A DNA stretch of 64,000 nt, taken from NCBI RefSeq assembly GCF_013315695.1, contig NZ_CP054354.1; one strand, given 5' to 3'. A program made the translations under genes and the position numbers. Each line of letters starts with the position of its first letter. Position 1 is the stretch's first letter. The stretch comes from Escherichia coli (GTDB taxonomy: Bacteria > Pseudomonadota > Gammaproteobacteria > Enterobacterales > Enterobacteriaceae). Positions 47,465-58,247 of this stretch are shown here, one piece after another. Below the pieces are notes generated by a model that saw nothing but the letters and a program-made list of their open reading frames with translations, did no database searches and was not told the DNA's origin.

Positions 47465-48850
47465 CTAGCTGGCTTTAACAATGTAGTTGAATGCAATGTT
47501 TTTGGGACGCATTTCTGTGGTACTCCCCTGTGCCCAGTATGGCATACCACTATGATGCCCTTTCAGCCATCCGCCACGTTCGTGATAGACGCCTGATTGA
47601 TCGGCCTGATAACTCAGGAGCTGTCTGTTCCGATCACCATCAAGTCCCTTCCCGTTATCCCAGCCACGGATAAAAACACCGCGCAGATCGGGTAACTTAC
47701 AGCTAGGATAAGCACGGGCAAGCTGAGGATACCGGGAACAGGAAAACGACTGGCCGTTCATCAACAGATAGCCTTGTGGAGGAGTGGCAGATGGCCACGG
47801 GATAGGGCTTCCCACAGGGTAGGATTCAAAGCCAACCCACACACCGGATTGGCACGAAAGTATTGCCCCTTTGCTGTCGCGGCCTACAAGTCCATCTGGT
47901 GAACACTTTGTATTTGCTACGGCTGTTTTATCCAGCTGTAAATACTCACCTGTGGAAAGGCGACCGTCAGACCGGACTGTCCCCCCACTGACTTTTCCTC
48001 CTTTGATTTCCCCTGTGGTTATAATTCCTTTACCACCGACTGCGCGTATCCACTGGCTGTCTGTCATCGTAAAACCGCCACCATAGGTGATGTTCTTCCA
48101 GCCTTTATCATTTTTGGTGATTAACCAGCCGTTTTCGCTTGTAACATCACCTTTCAGTGTTGCACTTTGTCCATTGACGTTTCCTGCATTGTTCAGGTTG
48201 TTCCCTCCCATATTGATGGCCGTGTTCATCTGGTTCAGCTCCGGTCGTCCCGGTACCTGAAAGCGATACAGGCGATCGCTTTCCTGCAGGTCATCCCCCA
48301 TCATTACGATGGCGATGTGCCCGCCATTGCAGCTGAGTCCATAGTCGCCGGGTTTATCTGTCCATCCACCAAAAACACCGGTTGCTGTGCCATTTTTTCC
48401 TATAAATCCGCCCAGACCGGGGAGCAGGCTGGCGATACTGCGCAGGGCATCGTCTTTGATATTCTCCCCTCCGGTGGAGCAGGTCAGGGCCTCCAGACGA
48501 CCGGTACTCGTGTTACGACGGATGCCGGTGGTATAACTCTGCCCAAAGGGCGAGCGGTTAAGACCCTTCAGATATCCTTTCCGGATTAACTCATCCGCCG
48601 TGAAGGTGGCAGGAAGCGTTCCGCTATGCAGGCGGGCATTGTTATCGGCGATGTAGGTCCTGGCTGCAGTATTGTAGGCATCTGCATGAAATGCGGCGCT
48701 CTGGTTGCGCATTTCATTCAGGTAGTCTTCAATGTAAGACCAGAACAGCGGCATGAGCAGGCTGATGACAACCAGTCCTCCCAGAATTTCAAGAAGTGCA
48801 AAACCTTTATCGTTGTCTTTTTGCATAGTCGTTCCCTCCGGTATTACCAA
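47465..48850 (-). CDS. pilV: PilV-like minor pilin / tip adhesin
   Basis: 461 aa; prepilin-like KG|FALLEILGG with Glu at +5; Gly-rich; C-terminal region resembles a phage tail-collar/fibre-type domain. Confidence 0.7.
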   Translation of the reverse strand: MVIPEGTTMQKDNDKGFALLEILGGLVVISLLMPLFWSYIEDYLNEMRNQSAAFHADAYNTAARTYIADNNARLHSGTLPATFTADELIRKGYLKGLNRSPFGQSYTTGIRRNTSTGRLEALTCSTGGENIKDDALRSIASLLPGLGGFIGKNGTATGVFGGWTDKPGDYGLSCNGGHIAIVMMGDDLQESDRLYRFQVPGRPELNQMNTAINMGGNNLNNAGNVNGQSATLKGDVTSENGWLITKNDKGWKNITYGGGFTMTDSQWIRAVGGKGIITTGEIKGGKVSGGTVRSDGRLSTGEYLQLDKTAVANTKCSPDGLVGRDSKGAILSCQSGVWVGFESYPVGSPIPWPSATPPQGYLLMNGQSFSCSRYPQLARAYPSCKLPDLRGVFIRGWDNGKGLDGDRNRQLLSYQADQSGVYHERGGWLKGHHSGMPYWAQGSTTEMRPKNIAFNYIVKAS

Positions 48851-49470
48851 AGGCCACCGGGATAAAAAGTAAATGCGTACTGTGACGCGCAGAGAAACGG
48901 CCCAAAGGGAAGTTCTCTGGTAATGCGTCGTTGTCTGTTACACCACAGATAAAGTAAGGCTCCGCCTGCTGCCGTTGCGACAATCCAGGGGATGTCTCCC
49001 GGCGGGGACCAGATGGCAATACCGGCAATCAGAAAAACATCGCCCAGGCCTATGGTTTCTGTTTTCCTGCGGTAAGAGGTGTATTGCCTGAACAGAAGCA
49101 ACAGCAGGAACCAGAACCCTGCACTGCACAGGCCTGTCAGCCAGTCTCCCTGCCAGAGACGAAATGCGCTGCCGCTTATCAGATACATGATGGTGAAGGG
49201 CCGGGGAAGACGGCAGGATGCAGCATCCGTCAGGGTCATCAGTGTCATACATCCGGTCATTATCGTCATAAACAGCACCCCGACAGCGCTGTCATTCTGA
49301 TAAAGACGCAGGATAATGGCGGCAGCTGCAAGCATCCCGCTCATCAGCGCCAGCCCATGGTGAGGGGGGCGGGCATTCATCCGGGAGAGTCGATAGCGAC
49401 TCATCTGAACGGCCAGACACTGTATTACCACGGTTATGGCGACCAGCAGTGCCGGGATTATCTGGAGCAT
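48844..49470 (-). CDS. pilU: PilU-like prepilin peptidase
   Basis: 208 aa; polytopic membrane protein; position after pilT. Confidence 0.7.
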   Translation of the reverse strand: MLQIIPALLVAITVVIQCLAVQMSRYRLSRMNARPPHHGLALMSGMLAAAAIILRLYQNDSAVGVLFMTIMTGCMTLMTLTDAASCRLPRPFTIMYLISGSAFRLWQGDWLTGLCSAGFWFLLLLLFRQYTSYRRKTETIGLGDVFLIAGIAIWSPPGDIPWIVATAAGGALLYLWCNRQRRITRELPFGPFLCASQYAFTFYPGGLW

Positions 49471-49485
49471 GGCAGTTCTCCCGGA

Positions 49486-49971
49486 CTAACGTCCCTGCAT
49501 GTAAGCGCTGTAAATCTGCCGGGCGTATTTCATCCGGCGGTGAGTGTTACTTTTACTGAAGCCGGCGTTATAACTGCCGAGGCATTCCCAGTTTACGCCG
49601 CATCGCTGAAAATGCCGGGCGAGGATCCATGCTCCGGTCTGAATATTCAGGCAGACATTATTCAACAGATCTTTCTCACTCCGGATAATGCCCATTTTTT
49701 TCAGCCCGGGAATATGTGTGGAGTTAATCTGCATTATCCCGTAATCGGTACTGATAATTTTCCCACTGTCATTCCTGTTATGATTAATGGCCCGGGGATT
49801 CAGACTGCTTTCCCTGCGGGCAATAATTTTGAGTAATCCTGGATCAATGGAATAACGTTTTCCGGCGGTAATAAAACAACGATCATATTGTTTGTCCTGT
49901 GGGGATGCCTGTGCGGAAGGAAGTGAGCATAACAGTGAAAAAATCACTGTCAGGATAAATAACCTGTTCAT
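49486..49971 (-). CDS. pilT: PilT-like lytic transglycosylase
   Basis: 161 aa; signal peptide; SLT-like ...ARRESSLNPRAIN... and GIMQIN. Confidence 0.75.
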   Translation of the reverse strand: MNRLFILTVIFSLLCSLPSAQASPQDKQYDRCFITAGKRYSIDPGLLKIIARRESSLNPRAINHNRNDSGKIISTDYGIMQINSTHIPGLKKMGIIRSEKDLLNNVCLNIQTGAWILARHFQRCGVNWECLGSYNAGFSKSNTHRRMKYARQIYSAYMQGR

Positions 49972-50015
49972 ACAGTGACCTTAAATAAAGCGCCCGGGCG
50001 GGCGCTGATGAATGA

Positions 50016-50552
50016 TTAACTGTTGGTTTCCAGTTTGATAGTAGTTTTATCTGCGTTACATACTGTAGACGGGTCAACTTTATTCGTCACATTGCCGTTG
50101 ATTTTTGTAAACATGGATGAACTGCGCAGGCTGGTGACCAGATCAATACAGTTTTTCTTCGGCACATTGCTGGATTCAATAACGTAGGAGTATTTATCTG
50201 AACTGACTTTGATGGTTACCGCACCACCCCAGGCATTTTTCGCCTTATTACCACCGGCGATCATATCGGCAGGCAGGCCACCACTTTCGGTCAGGATTTT
50301 GACGTAGTCAGTACCTGTATACTGCCCCTGGAATTTTTGGGCTTTCATTTTGGTGGCGATTGTCTGCAGGTTTTTGAGTTCCTTCTGGTTGTCTGAAGAG
50401 GACAGGGTATCGGACATCAGTCCCATCACGGCACCAATAACAATGGCAGCGACGACCAGAACACCGAGAACTTCCAGCAGGGTCATGCCTTTATCATCGT
50501 TCTGAAGGTGACGAATATTATGTTCTGAATACGAAGAGGTTATGACGCTCAT
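50016..50552 (-). CDS. pilS: PilS-like type IVb major prepilin
   Basis: 178 aa; long leader then G|MTLLEVLGVLVV with Glu at +5. Confidence 0.8.
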   Translation of the reverse strand: MSVITSSYSEHNIRHLQNDDKGMTLLEVLGVLVVAAIVIGAVMGLMSDTLSSSDNQKELKNLQTIATKMKAQKFQGQYTGTDYVKILTESGGLPADMIAGGNKAKNAWGGAVTIKVSSDKYSYVIESSNVPKKNCIDLVTSLRSSSMFTKINGNVTNKVDPSTVCNADKTTIKLETNS

Positions 50553-50613
50553 ATTAGCTCCTGAGATTGGTAAAACAGAATTTGGATCGAGGGGAATATA
50601 AAGGATGCTGTGT

Positions 50614-51708
50614 TTACTGCTTCAGCATGTCACTGATGCCGTAAATGGCACTGACCATATTGATGATGAAGAGAAATACCAGCAGACCTGATATAGCAGT
50701 AATAATAATGCCGCTTTTTCTGACATTCTTTTTTGCTTCTTCCAGCCAGCGGTCTGCATAAAGCGCCATACTGGCAACACTGTCCTCCCTTTCTGAATTT
50801 AAAAGAAGATTATTCACACAGGATTTTGACGGAAAGTCATAACCACAGTTTTTCATGGCCAGTGCCAGTGACTGACCGGATAAGACATTTTTTCTGATAG
50901 CACTTATTCGTGATTTTAACCATCGGTTATGTTCTGCATGTTTTTCTATTCTGGTAAGGGCATGAGATAAAGGAATATTTATCTGCAGCATGGATGAAAT
51001 ATTAAAAAGGTAATTCACGCCATGGAAAGTCTGATACAGGGACCATGGCGGGATGCGATCAAGATACCGTCGTCGGGGACCGGTATACAGACTGAATGAC
51101 ATCCTGATGAGAATTGCCAGCAGCAGCAGTCCTGCCAGCAGCCACAAACCATAACCGATAACCAGTCCGGAGGATTTGGCCAGAATGACCATCTGTACTG
51201 ACCAGCGTTCTTCCGGTGCAAAGGCGCTGATCATCGGAATAACCCGGGTATGAACGTTATACATATTCACCACACAGAGTGTCAGCAGGATGAGCGGATA
51301 GAGGCAGACACTCACCAGACTGCTAATCATCTCCTGTCGTCCTTTTGCCGTTTTGACGACCTGAAACATGGCTTCAGCGATATCACCTCGTTCTTCACCG
51401 TTACGGATCAGGGCAATTTCATCTTTGGGTACCCAGTCCTTCAGGGCCGGAGAGAGCTGACCACTGCTGCGTATGCTGGCGATACAGTCTGTCGCCAGAA
51501 AATACAGGCCGGACTGCCCTTTCTTTTTACCAAAATCCGTTTCCACATCGCAGATGAACTCCAGTGCCCGCATAACCGGTGTGCCGTCCCGGATCATGCC
51601 TGCAAGGGACTCGTAAAACGTAGTCCGCCTGAACGTCTTTTTGCCCAGCCAGCGGTTAAGGCCGGACAGTTCCAGTTCCGTATTGTTGAGTCTTTCCAGA
51701 ATTTTCAT
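50614..51708 (-). CDS. pilR: PilR-like inner-membrane platform protein (GspF/PilC family)
   Basis: 364 aa; polytopic; follows the ATPase gene. Confidence 0.75.
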   Translation of the reverse strand: MKILERLNNTELELSGLNRWLGKKTFRRTTFYESLAGMIRDGTPVMRALEFICDVETDFGKKKGQSGLYFLATDCIASIRSSGQLSPALKDWVPKDEIALIRNGEERGDIAEAMFQVVKTAKGRQEMISSLVSVCLYPLILLTLCVVNMYNVHTRVIPMISAFAPEERWSVQMVILAKSSGLVIGYGLWLLAGLLLLAILIRMSFSLYTGPRRRYLDRIPPWSLYQTFHGVNYLFNISSMLQINIPLSHALTRIEKHAEHNRWLKSRISAIRKNVLSGQSLALAMKNCGYDFPSKSCVNNLLLNSEREDSVASMALYADRWLEEAKKNVRKSGIIITAISGLLVFLFIINMVSAIYGISDMLKQ

Positions 51709-51709
51709 A

Positions 51710-53218
51710 TCAGTGCAGCAGCGTATAGCTGTCCTCGTCTACAGGGGATATGTAATGCGCAGCCAGCGGATCGACCTGACCACTGTTGATTTTGCCCAGC
51801 AGGTGCTGATTTCGTGTCATACCGCCGAGCTCCCGGTGCCAGTAGGTTTTTGCCTCAATCCGGCCTTTTTCCCGGTAAATCTGGAAAAACTTCGCATCCG
51901 GGGAAATCACTTCTGCAATGACGGTCCGGCCGTTCACTCCACGCCAGCAGTGTGGGCAGCCGTTATGGTTACGAAGATACACGGCATCGGGCTGGCAGAA
52001 GTTTTCCACCAGGCGTCGTTCTTCATCCGTCCGGGAGCTCTCCACCTCATGCCAGGGGAGGCGGCAGTGGGGACATATCACCTGAACCAGACGCTGGCTG
52101 AGCAGGCCGATAAATAACTGCGGATCTGCAATCATCCTTGCCTGAACGCCCTCCATTTCCAGACGCTCAAGAATATTTATCGGGTCGTTAGCATGAAGGG
52201 TGGTCAGCATCAGGTGACCGGTCATGGCGGCTTTTATCGCCGTGATGGCGGAGGCATGGTCACGTATCTCCCCGTTCAGGATAGCGTCAGGATCAAGGCG
52301 CAGGGCGGACTTAACAGAATCGACCCAGCCCTGAGCGGTATCCATAACGGCCGTCTGAATTGCACCGGGGATACGCCCCTCTGGTGGTGATTCTATTGTG
52401 AACAGACGTCGCCGGGGGAGCAGGATCCCTCCGGTATCGTTGAAGCCATACTGTTCCAGATAGGCGGCAGAAGCCGTCCTCAGCGTGGTGGATTTTCCGG
52501 AACCGGTGGGGCCAGAGAGGATCACGATGCCCTCCGGTCGCTGCAGCATCCTTCGGACAGCGCGCTCCTGCTCAGGGTGATACCCCAGCATACTGAATGT
52601 CGGTATATGCTGACTGTCATCCTTGATCAGACGCAGTACGGCATAGAGTCCGCCCACACACGGATAGTGGGAGTAGCGCGCACCAAACAGTCCGGCCAGT
52701 TTCAGGAATCTTTCAGCCAGACGGGCATCCTGGGGGACACCGGGATCAAACTGTGTTCCCTTTATGACGTCAGTCATTCCGGAATAGGTGGCCCCCAGTA
52801 ATTCCAGCCCCTCATCTTTTCTGACGATATCGAGCAGCTCCAGCTCTCCGTGGACACGGGCCTCCAGATACGTGAAATCCGTACTGTCACGCCCCGGCGT
52901 GATGTGAAGATCTGAGGCGCTGAGGGTGGCCGCATGGCTGATATACCCGAGCATTTTTTGCTGTACGGGGTTAATTCCGTTTTCCACCCCGGAAATGACC
53001 GTCTCCTGCCTGAGTCGGGCGATCACATCAAGTGTGGTGAACTCAAACGGGGATACTTTACCCGGATAACGGGAGCACAGGCGGGTCAGATAATCCTGGA
53101 CGGCACGAAGGTGTTTTTTTCCTTCCACCACTCTGACATGAATTTGTCCTGTTTTATCTGTATCAACAACCACGTATTCCAGAATGTCATCAGGTGGCTG
53201 GTCTGCAGGTGCCAGCAT
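51710..53218 (-). CDS. pilQ: PilQ-like pilus assembly ATPase (GspE family)
   Basis: 502 aa; Walker A SGPTGSGKST; tetracysteine CPHC...CPHC. Confidence 0.85.
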   Translation of the reverse strand: MLAPADQPPDDILEYVVVDTDKTGQIHVRVVEGKKHLRAVQDYLTRLCSRYPGKVSPFEFTTLDVIARLRQETVISGVENGINPVQQKMLGYISHAATLSASDLHITPGRDSTDFTYLEARVHGELELLDIVRKDEGLELLGATYSGMTDVIKGTQFDPGVPQDARLAERFLKLAGLFGARYSHYPCVGGLYAVLRLIKDDSQHIPTFSMLGYHPEQERAVRRMLQRPEGIVILSGPTGSGKSTTLRTASAAYLEQYGFNDTGGILLPRRRLFTIESPPEGRIPGAIQTAVMDTAQGWVDSVKSALRLDPDAILNGEIRDHASAITAIKAAMTGHLMLTTLHANDPINILERLEMEGVQARMIADPQLFIGLLSQRLVQVICPHCRLPWHEVESSRTDEERRLVENFCQPDAVYLRNHNGCPHCWRGVNGRTVIAEVISPDAKFFQIYREKGRIEAKTYWHRELGGMTRNQHLLGKINSGQVDPLAAHYISPVDEDSYTLLH

Positions 53219-53320
53219 AAAATCTCCTTACGGGCAGCGGTACCCGGAAACGTTTTTTTTGTGATTAAGGGCCGGGGGAATAATCTGTTCCGACAGCCGG
53301 CTGTAAATGGCGGCACTGAG

Positions 53321-53779
53321 TCAGGGTTGTAGTGTTGTTCTGATACCATTTTGTTCAAGGACAACACTGTCAGTGGTGATCTTTTCCACGCGGAATGTGG
53401 TGCCGGGAATGTGTTGCCCTTCTTTTACATCAGCAGTTTGTCCGCCCGGCAGTTGTATCCTGGCGGTTATCTGGGGGTGAACTCCGGATATCTCTGTCAG
53501 CCGGGGAATACCGGTAATGGGGGCAGGGGTATCTGTCGTGACGGCTGAACTGCTTTCCTGTGAATGCACAGGCTCAGCTGGTTCTCCCTGCTCCAGGGTT
53601 CTGAGTTCATGTCGCACCTTTTCTCTTGCCAGCATGGCTTCATACAGTGCAGTTTCTTCCTGAATCTGTTCCACCTGGAGTTGCCGGTTATTCTGTTGCA
53701 TGTTGCTGATGGTGCTGGCCGCGACCGTTGTCGGCAGGATCAGGACGGAAAGCAGAAGAGCTTTTGTTTTACTGGACAT
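53321..53779 (-). CDS. pilP: PilP-like protein
   Basis: 152 aa; signal peptide; position. Confidence 0.55.
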   Translation of the reverse strand: MSSKTKALLLSVLILPTTVAASTISNMQQNNRQLQVEQIQEETALYEAMLAREKVRHELRTLEQGEPAEPVHSQESSSAVTTDTPAPITGIPRLTEISGVHPQITARIQLPGGQTADVKEGQHIPGTTFRVEKITTDSVVLEQNGIRTTLQP

Positions 53780-55064
53780 AATATTTACCTGTGAATTGAT
53801 AACGGAAACGACCCTCTTCCAGTTGCCTTGTTACGGAGATAAAACGGACGGAGGGTTCACTGAAATGCTCTGCCACCTGGTGCGCCGGAAGTGTCGTCAG
53901 TATCTGCAGGTCATACTCCTTCCAGGGGGGCTGGATGGTATTTCCGTCTTCATCGGTGAAGCTGTTGCTGACTTCCTGCCAGTCCATTTTCAGCTGCATC
54001 GACCGGGCGAGTGTGGTCAGCCGTTCCTGCAGGAGGGTGTTTTCCGGTAATGCCTCAACGGCAACGGGAGTTTCAGGCATACTGAAGGTGACCGGCAGGG
54101 CAAAACCACCGCTATTCCCGTCCGGCATAACCATAAACGGCCGGATGCTGAAAATTTCCCTGACCCGCTGGCTGAATGCGGTCACTGTCGTCCCGGCGAT
54201 GTTTGTATATGATGCACGCAGATTGCCGCTGTTCCCGGTGGCAGCACACTCGGCGAGTGAATATCGCCAGCCGGCGACCGACACCGGCAGGCGTGACCAT
54301 ACGTCACTGCATCCCCGGATAAAATCTCCGGTTTCCGGCATACTCAGCCACGGTGGTGTGATCCGTTCCTCTGCGGCTTTTTGTGCCGCTTCAGCAAGTG
54401 CTGCTTTTTCTGCCTTCAGGCGTTCATAGTACTGCCAGCCATACCATGCAGTACCCAGAAGGGTGAGTATGAGTAATACCGGAATAAGCTGTGGCCCACG
54501 GGATACGGGGTGAAGGCGTGCTTCTGCCGGATATTTCCCTGCACCTGTCAGGGTTTCCAGTGGCAGGGGACCTCTGCCGTCAGGCCCGTTAAACGAGGGC
54601 GGTTCATAACATGTCCAGCCGTGTTCAGGCGCGCTGTTAATGGTGAGGAATATTTCCCGGGCCTCCCTGATTTCCTCCCGGGTTCCCACCAGGTCACTGA
54701 CCAGGATGCCGTCAACAGCAGAAACAAAACCATAAAGTTCTGTATCGTTTGCCTGTGACAGTTCAACGATAGCGTATCCTCCTGGCTCGAGCAGAGGCAG
54801 GATAAGCATGGCGAGAGAGAAATACCTGCGGCTGCCTTTGGGGAGTGTATTCTGGCTGACGGCTGCAACCATGATGTGACGATCGGTATCTTCCGTACTG
54901 AGATACTCACAGGAAATATAGCGTACTGCCCCCAGACTGCGGGCAAACGTCCGGGGGTTTTTATGGCTTGCGGGCAGTGTTTTCCAGTCCATTCCGGCAA
55001 GAAATACATTCCGTCCTGCCGTCAGCGGAAACACCTGTCGCTCTGTCGGTGAAATATCTGTCAC
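53769..55064 (-). CDS. pilO: PilO-like protein
   Basis: 431 aa; position between secretin gene and pilP. Confidence 0.6.
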   Translation of the reverse strand: MTDISPTERQVFPLTAGRNVFLAGMDWKTLPASHKNPRTFARSLGAVRYISCEYLSTEDTDRHIMVAAVSQNTLPKGSRRYFSLAMLILPLLEPGGYAIVELSQANDTELYGFVSAVDGILVSDLVGTREEIREAREIFLTINSAPEHGWTCYEPPSFNGPDGRGPLPLETLTGAGKYPAEARLHPVSRGPQLIPVLLILTLLGTAWYGWQYYERLKAEKAALAEAAQKAAEERITPPWLSMPETGDFIRGCSDVWSRLPVSVAGWRYSLAECAATGNSGNLRASYTNIAGTTVTAFSQRVREIFSIRPFMVMPDGNSGGFALPVTFSMPETPVAVEALPENTLLQERLTTLARSMQLKMDWQEVSNSFTDEDGNTIQPPWKEYDLQILTTLPAHQVAEHFSEPSVRFISVTRQLEEGRFRYQFTGKYYVQ

Positions 55065-55084
55065 GATAGTCCTCCTTCTGCAAA

Positions 55085-56704
55085 TCAGATGATATTGGGC
55101 GTGATCAGCACCACGAGAATGGTGTCGTCGTTTTCACTGTTGATCCCACCGCCAAGACCGAAGAATCCCGGTGTGCCGACACCCTGTTTTCCACTGCGAC
55201 GCCCTGACTGCTGGAAGCCACTGATAATGACTGTCTGCCCGGATTTCAGGTCCACTGTCTGGTTGATGGTTTTCAGATCCACATTCGGCAGCTGGGCTTT
55301 GCTTCCACCACTCTCGTAATTCTCAATAACCGGTTTGTCGGAGAGACTCATGGAATAGAGCAGCTGCAGTGTCTGTGAGTCCGGGAGAATGAACGGCAGA
55401 AGGGTCATATTAAAACCGGTGGTGATGGTGGCCGCATTCAGGGAGGTGGATGAGCCGACATTGGCGGTGGTATCCGTCGTCACACTCTCAATGTAGCTCT
55501 GCTGATTGGCAATCTGCATCGGTACCGGGGTCAGGTTTTTGGTCACGGCGGAATTCCGGGTTACCACACTGACATCTCCCTGGGAAGAGAGTGCTTTCAG
55601 GAAGGCTTTTGAACCGGTGAGTTTCCCGTTCACAATGGAAACACCACCAGTGACGGTATCGCTGGCTGCACTGGTGAATGTGCTGCCGAGGCTCAGTCCC
55701 AGCGTTCTGTCGCTGAAGACTGCGTTCCAGTCGATACCTGCCTGCTCATTACGGGTTTTCCGGATACTCAGAATTTCCACATTCAGCACCACCTGGCGCT
55801 TCATTTCTTCATTGCGTTTTTCAATGAACGTCCGGACCGTTTCCAGTACCTGTGGGGTGTCCGTGACGGTGATAAAGCCCGTCGACATGAACATGCGACC
55901 AATACCCGGCGTCAGCATTGATGAGACAGCATTTTTCACATCCTGATACAGCGCAGATTTCATATCCACGGTGGTGGTCTGGGTATTACTGGCATCACCG
56001 GAAATGGCATCCGATGCTGTTCCACCTGATGAGCCATTTGATGACATGGTACCGCTGACCACGGTGGCATTATAGGCAACCTGGCTGTCCATATAGGTCA
56101 CCGGGAAGGTCCGGGTATCAAGATAATAGAACGTGATATGTGAACCATCATAACGCCAGGAAATCCCGAGACGGGAAGCGACCGCATTCAGCAGTGATGT
56201 CAGTCCTGAAGCCTTCAGTTCAGGAAGTGACGCCGTATTTCCCTGCAGGCGGGGAAGTGTCGTGTCAGAACTGCCTATGGCGGCCAGTGGAACCATACCG
56301 CCGGTATCCGGCGGTGGTACTGTGCCCTGGATTTGCTGCGTACTGCCGGAGGTGGTCACGCTCAGATACGCCTGTACATCAGGGGTGATCCTTACAGGAA
56401 TATGACAGTTTTGCGAGATCCGCTGGGCCACCTGCTGAAGGGTGATGCTCTGCCGGGTGTTAATGATAATCGGACAGCCGGGCACCGCATTACCGGGGTT
56501 TTTATCCGTGACCGGACGGGGATTGATCCACTGACGTGGGGATTCCTTTACAACCGGTGTCCGGTTTCGCAGCTCAGCGATCATTTCCCGGGCCCGTTGT
56601 TGTTCAGCAACGGCGTCTTTTCTGGTGTTCTCTGCCTGTCGGAAACTGGTACAGCCCTGCAGCAGAGTGGCTGCAATCATAATAGCAAGAAGTTTTTTGT
56701 TCAT
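55085..56704 (-). CDS. pilN: PilN-like secretin lipoprotein
   Basis: 539 aa; lipobox LLQGC; C-terminal secretin-like domain. Confidence 0.75.
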   Translation of the reverse strand: MNKKLLAIMIAATLLQGCTSFRQAENTRKDAVAEQQRAREMIAELRNRTPVVKESPRQWINPRPVTDKNPGNAVPGCPIIINTRQSITLQQVAQRISQNCHIPVRITPDVQAYLSVTTSGSTQQIQGTVPPPDTGGMVPLAAIGSSDTTLPRLQGNTASLPELKASGLTSLLNAVASRLGISWRYDGSHITFYYLDTRTFPVTYMDSQVAYNATVVSGTMSSNGSSGGTASDAISGDASNTQTTTVDMKSALYQDVKNAVSSMLTPGIGRMFMSTGFITVTDTPQVLETVRTFIEKRNEEMKRQVVLNVEILSIRKTRNEQAGIDWNAVFSDRTLGLSLGSTFTSAASDTVTGGVSIVNGKLTGSKAFLKALSSQGDVSVVTRNSAVTKNLTPVPMQIANQQSYIESVTTDTTANVGSSTSLNAATITTGFNMTLLPFILPDSQTLQLLYSMSLSDKPVIENYESGGSKAQLPNVDLKTINQTVDLKSGQTVIISGFQQSGRRSGKQGVGTPGFFGLGGGINSENDDTILVVLITPNII

Positions 56705-56735
56705 AGATAAATCCGTGAGTTATTCAGAGTCCGGC

Positions 56736-57173
56736 CTAATTCATCCAGATGATGACCTGATCGGGGATCACAGCAGGGAGCGTGATGGAAATACGCCGCC
56801 CACGGGTGTCCAGGAGGCGACCGTTTTCCACTCTGGCAAGCAGGGCCGAATCACCACTTTGTTCCAGGAGGGCACCCATAAGGCCGGGTTTTTCTTTTGC
56901 CCAGACAAAAACGCGCTGCTGACTGATGAGGTGGCTGACGTTTTTCGTGGCGGGCAGACCGAGCTGTGCTGACGTGAGCTGACCACCGGCAGCACGTCGT
57001 TCAGGGTGCTGATACAGGTAATCGTTGATGGCATTCATATAACGAATAAAGTCTGCAGCCTGCTGTGTGATTTCAGCGGTCTGCTGATGGTGCACAGTAC
57101 GGCTGAGGTGACTGTGGAACCAGAAATTACCAATGGCCATAATGACCATAATGAAACCCGTAACCCATCCCAT
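56736..57173 (-). CDS. pilM: PilM-like inner-membrane protein
   Basis: 145 aa; single N-terminal TM segment. Confidence 0.55.
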   Translation of the reverse strand: MGWVTGFIMVIMAIGNFWFHSHLSRTVHHQQTAEITQQAADFIRYMNAINDYLYQHPERRAAGGQLTSAQLGLPATKNVSHLISQQRVFVWAKEKPGLMGALLEQSGDSALLARVENGRLLDTRGRRISITLPAVIPDQVIIWMN

Positions 57174-57176
57174 AGG

Positions 57177-58247
57177 TTATTCCTGCGGGCGGTCTGTCAC
57201 ACGGAGCAGGCATTGTGCAGTGCTGGTCCGGGCATACAGCGGTTTTTCAGCCGGGGTATAGAGTGCAAAGAGCTGCTCCAGCGCCTGGCGGAAACTGCCG
57301 GTGAAAACCAGAGGGGCATCGATGCTGTAGTTGACAGGTGTTTCCCAGCGCAGTGTCCATGTGCCGTGCGGGCATTTTTCGGATGATGTCCAGCGGGCCA
57401 GTCCGTCTTTCAGGGTGGTCCCCTTTTCCATTTTCCACTGCCGTGGCGGTATGACCTTCTGCTGTGGTGGCACTACCGGTTTCGTGGCCACCGGGGCTGG
57501 CGTGGTTGTTCTGCTCTCTGGAGTTCCGGATCTCCCGGTGGTGGTCTGAGCCCGGGAAACGCTGACGGCAGGTGTCACTGGTGTCGGGCCTGCCGGCGTT
57601 GCGGCGCTGCCCCTGAACGGATTACGCGGTGTATCAGCAGCTTTCTGTGAACCCTGCGGTGCCGTGACGTCGACCGGCGGTGTTGCAGAGGTCGTGACAG
57701 TCAGTATTTTCCTGTTCCAGTCCATATGTCCGTAAAGCTGCTGGCCGGCCAGCAGCGCATTCAGTGCCCGGTGCCACTGGTCATTAACGGACCAGACGGG
57801 GAGGCGTTTGTTCAGTGCCGGTATGGCAGCGTTCTGTTGCCGGAACTGCCAGCCGGGTGGTAGCAACTGGCGTATCCAGTCACTGACGGAGCGCTGATGT
57901 GCCTCACGTAAATAAACGACGGATGACTGACCGGGTTTACCGGTCATAACCAGTGCGGGCAGCTGTGTGGCCTGAAGGAGCGGACGGGGAGGCAGTGCGG
58001 TACTCTGGCTGCTGACTGCGGTTGTGGGCGTCGCTGTTGTTGTCGGGCGGGGCGGCGTCACAGGGCGGGTCACCGGTGGCGGAAGCAGACGTTTTTGCGT
58101 ATGGGCGATAATGGCAGCGCTTTCGCGAATTTGTCCGTCGACGAACACCAGAGCCGGAGGCGTGGTGTCAGGAACAGGCGTGGCATTAAATGCCGTACAG
58201 CCGCTGAGTAATGACGGCAGAAGGAGTGTAAGTGATTTCTTTTTCAT
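57177..58247 (-). CDS. pilL: PilL-like lipoprotein (TcpQ-like C-terminal domain)
   Basis: 356 aa; lipobox LLSGC; Pro/Thr-rich linker; first gene of pil operon. Confidence 0.7.
   Translation of the reverse strand: MKKKSLTLLLPSLLSGCTAFNATPVPDTTPPALVFVDGQIRESAAIIAHTQKRLLPPPVTRPVTPPRPTTTATPTTAVSSQSTALPPRPLLQATQLPALVMTGKPGQSSVVYLREAHQRSVSDWIRQLLPPGWQFRQQNAAIPALNKRLPVWSVNDQWHRALNALLAGQQLYGHMDWNRKILTVTTSATPPVDVTAPQGSQKAADTPRNPFRGSAATPAGPTPVTPAVSVSRAQTTTGRSGTPESRTTTPAPVATKPVVPPQQKVIPPRQWKMEKGTTLKDGLARWTSSEKCPHGTWTLRWETPVNYSIDAPLVFTGSFRQALEQLFALYTPAEKPLYARTSTAQCLLRVTDRPQE

Noticed and set aside
46993-47600. Possible shufflon remnants and + strand ORFs 47151..47426 and 47339..47596
   Set aside because: Only one weak sfx-like sequence (GTGCCAGTGGGAG near 47363) and no rci gene; the + strand ORFs overlap the pilV 3' end and look spurious.
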